Translations under genes and position numbers: made by a program | Part shown: in pieces, positions 16,305 through 23,102 of the stretch | How positions within the stretch are numbered: the stretch's first letter is position 1 | Layout: every line of letters begins with the position of its first letter | The notes under the pieces: model-generated | The model's database searches: none | The model's input: the letters and a program-made list of their open reading frames with translations, nothing else | What the model was told of the DNA's origin: nothing | Assembly: GCF_000517025.1 (NCBI RefSeq) | Contig: NZ_KI912097.1 | Location: forward strand, 94,988-118,089 | Source of the DNA: Halonatronum saccharophilum DSM 13868 | Lineage (GTDB): Bacteria; Bacillota; Halanaerobiia; Halobacteroidales; Halobacteroidaceae | Length of the DNA: 23,102 nucleotides | Reading direction: 5' to 3'

Positions 16305-17294
16305 ATGAAGGCAGGTAAGATTGATATTGGTAATTTAAAGGAGTTAATTTTAGATAAACTATCTGCAAACCGTTCAGAGGTCTTAGTTAGGCCAAAGATT
16401 GGTGAAGATTCAACAGTTATCGATTTTGGAGAATTTGTAGCTGTTATGTCTACCGATCCTATAACTGGAGTAAAAGAAGGAATGGGATCTTTAGCAGTTA
16501 ACGTAGCTTGCAATGATATTGCAGCTAATGGAGCAAAGCCAATAGGTATTCAGCAAGCTTTACTGGTTCCTCCTGATACAACAGAAGATCAAGTAGTTGG
16601 GATAATTAAAGATATTAATAAAGCAGCACAGGATTTAGGTATAGATATTTTAGGAGGACATACTGAGGTTACAGATATCGTAAATCAGCCTTTAGTCGTC
16701 TGTACAGCTATCGGTAAAGCGGCCAAAGATGCTTATATTACTTCTTCTGGAGCTAAGATCGGTGATGACATTGTTGTCACCAAGTGGACCGGCTTAGAAG
16801 GAACTGCTATCTTAGCAACTGACTTTTGGGATAAGTTGATTGGCTTAGGTATCGATAAAGACCTACTAACGCAGGCAAAAGAGTTAGGTGAAGAATTAAG
16901 TGTTGTGCCTGAAGGTTTAATCGGGGCCAACTTCAAGGTCAACTCTATGCATGATGTAACTGAAGGTGGGCTATATGGTTCTTTGTTTGAACTTACTGTT
17001 GCTGCAGAATCTGGATTTGAGATATATCAGGATCTAATTCCTTTACATTCTGCAACAGAGATTATTGCTAAAAAGTTAGATATTAATCCATACTCTTTAA
17101 TTGGATCTGGGATGATGATCTTAACTACTGAACGTGGAAAAGAACTTGTTGAAGAGTTAGAGAAAGCTGGGATAAAGGCTACAATTATCGGTAAACTTAC
17201 TAAGGATGAACGAAGAGTAGTAAGGGATGAAGGTGACCTTCTGATAAAAAAAGCTCCTTCAGATGAACTATGGAGGTTTTTGGCACAAAACTAA
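16305..17294 (+). CDS. AIR synthase-related (PurM-like superfamily) protein. ThiL/HypE-like fold, exact family unresolved.
   Basis: N-terminal GEDSTVIDFGEFVAVMSTDPITG and LAVNVACNDIAANGAKP blocks typical of the PurM-like ATP-binding fold. Lacks a HypE C-terminal Cys motif. AAGGTGG RBS. Confidence 0.65.
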   Translation: MKAGKIDIGNLKELILDKLSANRSEVLVRPKIGEDSTVIDFGEFVAVMSTDPITGVKEGMGSLAVNVACNDIAANGAKPIGIQQALLVPPDTTEDQVVGIIKDINKAAQDLGIDILGGHTEVTDIVNQPLVVCTAIGKAAKDAYITSSGAKIGDDIVVTKWTGLEGTAILATDFWDKLIGLGIDKDLLTQAKELGEELSVVPEGLIGANFKVNSMHDVTEGGLYGSLFELTVAAESGFEIYQDLIPLHSATEIIAKKLDINPYSLIGSGMMILTTERGKELVEELEKAGIKATIIGKLTKDERRVVRDEGDLLIKKAPSDELWRFLAQN

Positions 17295-17306
17295 TAACCT
17301 ATTAAA

Positions 17307-17336
17307 TGATAGCACCTAGTGTGCTATCATTTTTTC
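17307..17336 (+). terminator. Rho-independent terminator.
   Basis: TGATAGCAC-CTAGT-GTGCTATCA followed by TTTTTTC. Confidence 0.75.
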
Positions 17337-17423
17337 TATAAAATTTAAAAACTTAGCCTTTAATTTTTTATTTTTTAAATCTTACACTTGCGCTAATTAA
17401 AGAATTAAGGAGGAGGAATAAAT

Positions 17424-18197
17424 ATGAAATTATCATTACCAAAGTACTATAATCGTAGAATTGCGCGGGCAATAGCGGAGTTTGACTTAATCGAAGAAGG
17501 AGACAATATTTTAGTTGGCTTTTCAGGCGGAAAAGATAGTGGCTTTTTATTATATGCTTTGAAGGCATTTCAGCAGAGTATGAGCATTAACTTTAATATA
17601 AGTGCTATAACCATTGACTTAGAGTTCAATAAAGATGCAGACTTTTCTCAAATGAAGGGTTATTGTAAAAGTTTAGATATACCTTATCAGATAGTAAAGA
17701 GTAATATTTCTAAAATAATCTTAGCTGAAGAAACTAAGAACCCTTGTGCTAAGTGTGCTTACTTTAGAAAAGGAATTATATCAAATTATATGCAAGAAAA
17801 AGGCTTTAACAAGGTAGCTTATGGTCACCATTATGATGATATAGTAGAGACCTTCTTGATGAGTATAATTTACTCAGGTCAGATCAAAACCTTCCAAGCA
17901 AAAAGCTATTTAAGTAATAGTGATATTTATGTAATTAGACCTCTATTATATTTAAGAGAGGAAAATATTATCAAAGCAGAAGAATTTACAGGCTATAAAG
18001 CTGTTAAAAGTTCATGCCCTTATGATGGAGAGACTAAACGAGAAGAGATAAAGAATTTAATTAAGAGCTTTGATCATAAAAATCAAATATTTTATAATTT
18101 AGCTGCAGCAATGAGAGAAGGTACTCCTATAAACCTTTTGCCTAAAGAACTTTCTAGAGATAAAATTAGAGATAAAATGAAAAAGTTATGGTATTAA
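17424..18197 (+). CDS. ttcA: PP-loop ATPase, TtcA-like tRNA 2-thiocytidine synthetase family.
   Basis: SGGKDS PP-loop, CAKCAYFRKG and SSCP Cys motifs. AGGAGGAGG RBS. Confidence 0.75.
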   Translation: MKLSLPKYYNRRIARAIAEFDLIEEGDNILVGFSGGKDSGFLLYALKAFQQSMSINFNISAITIDLEFNKDADFSQMKGYCKSLDIPYQIVKSNISKIILAEETKNPCAKCAYFRKGIISNYMQEKGFNKVAYGHHYDDIVETFLMSIIYSGQIKTFQAKSYLSNSDIYVIRPLLYLREENIIKAEEFTGYKAVKSSCPYDGETKREEIKNLIKSFDHKNQIFYNLAAAMREGTPINLLPKELSRDKIRDKMKKLWY

Positions 18198-18240
18198 AAA
18201 GCCAATAACCAGTAATTAATTACTGGTTATTGGCTTTTTG
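18196..18240. terminator. Rho-independent terminator (perfect 17-bp palindrome, bidirectional).
   Basis: AAAAAGCCAATAACCAGTAATT|AATTACTGGTTATTGGCTTTTT. Confidence 0.8.
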
Positions 18241-18435
18241 TATTTAGTAAACTTAATAAGAAGCATTTAGGTTCAGCAAGTTTTTTTATTCAATATATTC
18301 TTTTCAGTGCTAAATTTCTATTCTACTTAAGTAATCTTTAGCTAGAAGAAGGAGTTTTTTTATAAACAGAGAAGATTAAATACTACTTAGTTATTTTTAC
18401 TTTTCATCTTATCAGGATCTAAGGGGGGATTAAAG

Positions 18436-19533
18436 GTGTATTTATCTAGTGTTGAAGAGTTGAAGATAGGTGACGTTTTAGCCAAAGAAGTCTATGATCA
18501 TTATGGAAATTTATTATTACGTAAAGGAAGTAAATTAAATAAAAGTTATATTAATAAATTAAAGAATTTGAATTTAGAATATATATATATTGAAGAAAAG
18601 AAGGAGACAAAAAAAGAAAGCAAAAAGTATACAAATAAAAGAAATAATAAAAAACTAGTTCCTAAAAAAATAAAGCGAGAAGCTAGAATCATTGCAAGAG
18701 GATGTATTAAAAAGATTAATTCAGGTGATAGTAAGCTAAATGAATCTGAAATTAATGATTTAATTAAAATGATTGAAAATATAATTGATGGCATATCTGA
18801 TAATGATGATCTAATTGAAAATTTACAAATTGTCAGATCTCTTAAAAATGAATTGTTCTTCCATCTAACAAATGTAGCTATTCTTTCTTTAGTTATTGGT
18901 AAGAAACTCAATTATAATCGTAAAATGTTGAAAATGTTAGGGTTAGGAGCTTTCTTGCATGATATTGGTAAAGCTATGGTTTCTGCCGATATTTTAAATA
19001 AACCAGGGCGTCTAACTAAAGAAGAATTTGAAGAAGTTAAGAAGCACTCTCTATATGGTTATAAAATATTAAGTAGACAACCAGATATTCCAGAAGTAGC
19101 TGCTAGAATAGCTTATCAACATCATGAAAGGTGTGATGGATCGGGATATCCTAAAGGCATTACAAAAAGGTTTATAGACCAAGGGGGAAGAATTGTAGCA
19201 ATTGCAGATGTTTTTGATGCAATGATAAATAATAGAGTATATAGAGATTCAATCAAAGTAAAAGAGGTAATTGAATATCTTTATGCTGCTTTTACTGAAA
19301 ATAAAATGGATAGAGAGTTAGTTGGACACTTTCTAAAGATGATAGTTCCTTATCCAGTAGGAACTAAAGTAAAGCTAAATATAGGGTGCGAAGCAGTAGT
19401 AGTAAGGGTTAATGAAGAGGCCAAGTTAAGGCCTGTAATTAGACTATTGAAGTTTTCTAGCTTAGACTATGACCAATTAGAAATTGATTTATCGAAGAAT
19501 CATAGCATAGATATTATAGATGAGGTAGATTAG
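18436..19533 (+). CDS. HD-GYP domain protein (putative c-di-GMP phosphodiesterase) with a Lys-rich N-terminal linker.
   Basis: HDIGK ... HHERCDGSGYP motifs. GTG start after GGGGGGATTAAAG. Confidence 0.8.
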   Translation: MYLSSVEELKIGDVLAKEVYDHYGNLLLRKGSKLNKSYINKLKNLNLEYIYIEEKKETKKESKKYTNKRNNKKLVPKKIKREARIIARGCIKKINSGDSKLNESEINDLIKMIENIIDGISDNDDLIENLQIVRSLKNELFFHLTNVAILSLVIGKKLNYNRKMLKMLGLGAFLHDIGKAMVSADILNKPGRLTKEEFEEVKKHSLYGYKILSRQPDIPEVAARIAYQHHERCDGSGYPKGITKRFIDQGGRIVAIADVFDAMINNRVYRDSIKVKEVIEYLYAAFTENKMDRELVGHFLKMIVPYPVGTKVKLNIGCEAVVVRVNEEAKLRPVIRLLKFSSLDYDQLEIDLSKNHSIDIIDEVD

Positions 19534-19546
19534 AATTTAAATTTCT

Positions 19547-19587
19547 AAAAGAGTTAGGGCCAAAATAGAGCCGCTAACTCTTTTTTT
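19547..19587 (+). terminator. Rho-independent terminator.
   Basis: AAAAGAGTTAG ... CTAACTCTTTTTTT. Confidence 0.7.
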
Positions 19588-19749
19588 ATAAGTACATTTA
19601 CTTAACACTTAGTCAATTATGGATATAAAAGAAAATTAACTAAGATAAACATGTAATATATAACATTAAATAATATTTATTAGCAGAAAAGAATAGATCT
19701 TGTATAGAATTCTAATAAAAAATAAAATAATTTGATCTAGAATCCTAAA

Positions 19750-19778
19750 TTGACATAGAATTAAATTAGTGATAAGAT
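19750..19778 (+). promoter_or_regulatory. Sigma-A-type promoter (TTGACA-17-TAAGAT) embedded in three TAGAAT(T/C)(C/T)TAA direct repeats.
   Basis: Consensus -35, 17-nt spacer, plausible -10. Lies ~75 nt upstream of the MATE gene start. Confidence 0.45.
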
Positions 19779-19852
19779 GGTTTGTGATTATTCATCTGAA
19801 AATAATTCGAATTATATATATGATTTGAAATAACTATTAAGGACTGATCTAG

Positions 19853-21241
19853 GTGAAAAGAGAGATTAACCTAAGCGAAAAATCCATTACTAAGAGTTTA
19901 TTTATATTGGCAGGGCCAATGATATTAAGTAATTTAATGAATACATTATATAATATTGTTGATACAATATGGGTAGGCAGATTAGGAGCTAGTGCAGTAG
20001 CAGCTATATCTTTAGCTTTTCCCATTATATTTCTTTTAATATCAATTGGAATGGGCTTTACCATTGCAGGAACCTCATTAGTTGCTCAAGCAAAGGGAGC
20101 AAAGGATCAAAAGAGAGTCAATAGGTTAACAGGTCAAATACTTATCTTAGTTACTTTAGTATCTATAATGTTTTCATTTATTGGTTTCTTCTTTAATGAA
20201 AGTATATTAATGATAATGGGGGCTAAAGGGGAAACTTTGAGATTAGCTACCGATTTTTTAAATATTATCTTTATTGGACTAACACCTATGTTTATATACT
20301 TTGTCTTTACTTCTGTATTAAGAGGGCTAGGAGATAGTTTAACACCAATGAAGTTAATGGCTCTCTCAACAGTTATAAATATAATCTTAGATCCATTATT
20401 AATATTTGGGGTAGGACCCTTTCCTAGGTTAGAAGTTGCAGGAGCTGCCTTAGCTACTACCTTAGCTAGAACTATAGTTGCTATTATGGGAGTGAAAATT
20501 TTATTAAGTGGTGATTATGGTGTCGAGCTTGGTCTAGAAGATTTTAAACCAAATCTATCTGATCTTAAGAGAATAATTAAAATCGGAATTCCTGCCTCTT
20601 TAGAGCAGTCAACAAAAGCAATTGGGATGGCTTTGATGACTAGCTTGACAGCTTACTTTGGTACTAGAGCTGTTGCAGCTTTTGGAATAGGAAATAGAAT
20701 TTTATCGGTAGTGTATATGCTGTCGCTAGGGTTTGGTGGGGCAACAACAGTGTTAGTTGGACAGAATTTAGGTGCTAATAAGAGTAAAAAGGCTGAAGAT
20801 GTAGTTATAAGTGCAGTCTTAATAAACTTCATATTATTAATGGTCTTTAGTCTTACAACCTTTATCTTCTCTGAATCTATAGTTAAAGTATTTAATAATG
20901 ATCCTGAGGTATTAAGGATGGGATCAGATTATCTGAAGATAATTGCCTTCTCCTTTGGGTTTATAGGAACTTTAAGAATAGTAAATGGTGCTTTTAAGGG
21001 AGCAGCAGATACTATGCCAGCTATGTTCTTTTCTTTATTAACCTTATGTATATTGCAAGTTCCTATTGCTGGATTATTGGCCCATAACTTTGAATTAGGA
21101 GTTAGTGGAATTTGGTGGGGTGTAGCAATTGCTAATACCTTAGGTGCAATCTCATCCTTCCTTTGGTTTAAGAGGGGATACTGGAAGCAAAAGGTGGTCT
21201 TGGCTAAAGTAAAAAAAGAAGATATAAAGGGAGGTGCTTAA
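19853..21241 (+). CDS. MATE family efflux transporter (second copy).
   Basis: 12 transmembrane segments, MATE-like. GTG start with a weak RBS (AAGGA), so the start codon is uncertain. Confidence 0.75.
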   Translation: MKREINLSEKSITKSLFILAGPMILSNLMNTLYNIVDTIWVGRLGASAVAAISLAFPIIFLLISIGMGFTIAGTSLVAQAKGAKDQKRVNRLTGQILILVTLVSIMFSFIGFFFNESILMIMGAKGETLRLATDFLNIIFIGLTPMFIYFVFTSVLRGLGDSLTPMKLMALSTVINIILDPLLIFGVGPFPRLEVAGAALATTLARTIVAIMGVKILLSGDYGVELGLEDFKPNLSDLKRIIKIGIPASLEQSTKAIGMALMTSLTAYFGTRAVAAFGIGNRILSVVYMLSLGFGGATTVLVGQNLGANKSKKAEDVVISAVLINFILLMVFSLTTFIFSESIVKVFNNDPEVLRMGSDYLKIIAFSFGFIGTLRIVNGAFKGAADTMPAMFFSLLTLCILQVPIAGLLAHNFELGVSGIWWGVAIANTLGAISSFLWFKRGYWKQKVVLAKVKKEDIKGGA

Positions 21242-21258
21242 GCACCTCCCTTTATATC
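21221..21258. terminator. Bidirectional terminator, a perfect 17-bp palindrome overlapping the MATE stop codon.
   Basis: GATATAAAGGGAGGTGC-TTAA-GCACCTCCCTTTATATC between convergent genes. Confidence 0.75.
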
Positions 21259-21281
21259 TTAGGCTTTAATTTTCAATAGGA

Positions 21282-22676
21282 TTATTCGCTTTTATTAGAT
21301 ACTTTTACAGTACTTTCTTCAATCTCTTTATTATTCTCCAAGAAATTATTTAATAATGAAGAAAAGTCAGTATCGCTTGTCTTTTTGAAAGTATCAATCA
21401 TAGCACCTAAATTTGCTCCACCTTCGGCAGTTCCTAAAAGGTCCAGTAAGTTATTGGTCTTTCCAGCATTAACAAACTTTAAATCAGCTTCTTTAAGAGC
21501 TTCGGCTAGAGCAACACCAATTGCTTCATCCTTATCAACAACCTGCTCAGCAGTTAAAGCTCTAATTGCATCTTCAGTAAACATATTAAGTGACTTAGCC
21601 AACTCTTCTTTAACCTTAGCTTGTGCAAGACCACGTTTTTCTATGGCAGATGCTTCAGCTTCGGCCTCAGCTACTTTCTTAGCAGCATTACCTTTACCTT
21701 CTAAGGTCATCTCTTGTTCATAACCTTCAGCTATAATACGTTTTCTATCTTTTTCAGCAGCAGCAGCGATAATCTGTTTTTCTTTTTCAGCTTGAGCCTT
21801 TATAATAGCCTGTTCTTTTTCAATCTCTTCTTGTTTAACTTCATTAATTCTCTTAACCTTCATTTCTTCCTCAGCAACAATCTGTTCTTCTTTAGCTATT
21901 ACTATCTGCTTTTTCTGTTCACGCTTAGCAATAGCCTCATCTCTTTCAATCTCACGATCGCGGGCCAACTGATCAGATTCAGCTTCTTTAACCTTAGCCT
22001 CTTTGATTCTATTAGCATTATCAATTCTTGTTTCAGACTCAATTTGAACCTCACGTCTTCTAGAAATATTAGAGATAACCTTTGAATCTTTGGTGTCTTG
22101 AAAGTCTACTAGGGCAAAGCTGATTAATTTCAACCCCCAATGAGAAAGGTCTTCTCTAATCTCTGCTTCAACCTCTTCAGACATTCTCTTCTTGTTGGCC
22201 CTTACATCAGTTACACTATACTTAACAGTAACGGCTCTAACAGCAGACTCAATAATCTCTTCTAACTGTTCTCTAAGCTCACAATCAGTTGTAAAGGTTT
22301 CAGCTGCCTTCTCTACATCTACAATTCTATACTTTGTTGATGAGTTTACTAGATAACGAGCTTGATCCTTCTCATAGGTTTCCTGATTAGAAATAATTAA
22401 CTCTTTGATGGTAATGTCCATAACCCTAAGAGCACGTCCAACAAAGGGGATCCAAGCTGGTATATGGAAGTATGTACTCTTTCCTCCATTTTTTCTTAAA
22501 GATTCATCTGAAGCACAGACCATACGTTTTCTTGGTGTAACTACTAGATGAGCTTCACTTGGGGGAACAATCCGGTACCATTTAGAGAGTACAGTAAAGA
22601 AAAATAAAAGAATAATGAGCATCGATAAGATTCCTGCACCTAAACTTAAGAATGATGAAAATAAAGTTTCTAACAT
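21282..22676 (-). CDS. floT: Flotillin-like SPFH/band-7 protein (FloT/YuaG-type) with an N-terminal membrane anchor and a long E/K/A-rich coiled coil.
   Basis: N-terminal transmembrane segment, SPFH-like block, then heptad E/K/A-rich repeats. GGAGGT RBS. Confidence 0.75.
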   Translation of the reverse strand: MLETLFSSFLSLGAGILSMLIILLFFFTVLSKWYRIVPPSEAHLVVTPRKRMVCASDESLRKNGGKSTYFHIPAWIPFVGRALRVMDITIKELIISNQETYEKDQARYLVNSSTKYRIVDVEKAAETFTTDCELREQLEEIIESAVRAVTVKYSVTDVRANKKRMSEEVEAEIREDLSHWGLKLISFALVDFQDTKDSKVISNISRRREVQIESETRIDNANRIKEAKVKEAESDQLARDREIERDEAIAKREQKKQIVIAKEEQIVAEEEMKVKRINEVKQEEIEKEQAIIKAQAEKEKQIIAAAAEKDRKRIIAEGYEQEMTLEGKGNAAKKVAEAEAEASAIEKRGLAQAKVKEELAKSLNMFTEDAIRALTAEQVVDKDEAIGVALAEALKEADLKFVNAGKTNNLLDLLGTAEGGANLGAMIDTFKKTSDTDFSSLLNNFLENNKEIEESTVKVSNKSE

Positions 22677-22733
22677 AATACTTATGACCTCCTAATTATT
22701 TTTAGAAAACTTACAGAAGCTATATATCGCATT

Positions 22734-22961
22734 TTATTTAAGTTCTTCTTCAGCAACTAAAGCTATGTCACCATTGCGAAATTTAACCATTACTTCATTC
22801 ATAAGAACTATAGAACGAAGTTTATTGTCTTTAGGATAGCTAATAACAATATCATTTCCATTAGAAAGTTCTTCAATAGCACTTATTAGATCACGACGAC
22901 TTTTAAATATAATTTCTTCTTCAGAATAGCTTTGTAAATTAAGTTCTTTAAAATTTATCAT
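22734..22961 (-). CDS. Small soluble hypothetical protein (75 aa), co-transcribed upstream of the flotillin gene.
   Basis: AGGAGGT RBS 9 nt before the ATG. 57-nt gap to the flotillin start. Not NfeD-like (no transmembrane segment). Confidence 0.55.
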   Translation of the reverse strand: MINFKELNLQSYSEEEIIFKSRRDLISAIEELSNGNDIVISYPKDNKLRSIVLMNEVMVKFRNGDIALVAEEELK

Positions 22962-23102
22962 ATGAATTTAACCTCCTTAAAGTTTTCAGTTTAATGTTAC
23001 CATATTAATATATTTAAGTCAATAAAATAATATGATTTAAATTATATCTATTAATAGCTATAATTTATCGGGAAATTTCTAATAATATTATAGAAAACAA
23101 TC

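Noticed and set aside
6337-22085. Short antisense ORFs inside longer genes: 6337-6525, 8282-8479, 9226-9618, 11781-12038, 14574-14756, 16196-16513, 16733-16942, 17368-17568, 18546-18911, 19849-20064, 21385-21723, 21714-22085
   Set aside because: Each is embedded antisense in a longer, well-supported CDS with recognisable domains. They lack an RBS, and several are low-complexity translations of coiled-coil or Lys-rich coding sequence on the opposite strand.
1-23102. CRISPR arrays, tRNA and rRNA genes
   Set aside because: There are no short regularly spaced direct repeats with unique spacers. The repeats present are long (90-260 nt) and unevenly arranged. No cloverleaf-like GC-rich ~75-nt segments or rRNA-like conserved blocks were noticed.

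Overview
AT-rich chromosomal window from a low-GC Firmicute. The acid-rich proteins, TTG/GTG start codons and Clostridia-type gene content (DUF1657, flotillin, MATE pumps, HD-GYP) are consistent with a halophilic anaerobe such as Halanaerobiales, but this is inference. The first ~4.4 kb is the unusual part. It holds a mosaic of repeated non-coding modules whose hairpins carry compensatory base changes, suggesting a structured RNA. It also holds an uncharacterised 333-aa Cys-containing protein whose C-terminal half matches the DarT/DUF4433 ADP-ribosyltransferase motifs as I recall them, with no DarG/macrodomain partner. Directly after that gene sits an apparently intact group II intron (GTGCG 5' end, EBS1/IBS1 pairing, canonical domain V, RT-maturase without an endonuclease domain), whose 3' end abuts another repeat copy. 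The remaining ~18.6 kb is ordinary housekeeping and accessory metabolism: a SIMPL-like secreted protein, a NapH-like polyferredoxin, an M19 dipeptidase, a GH13 alpha-glucan enzyme, a secreted-protein plus FtsA-like ATPase operon, two MATE pumps, a ThiW / ECF-S / PurM-like cluster, DUF1657, a TtcA-like PP-loop ATPase, HD-GYP and a flotillin operon. Several clean rho-independent terminators and two sigma-A-like promoters are visible. No CRISPR array, tRNA or rRNA was seen.
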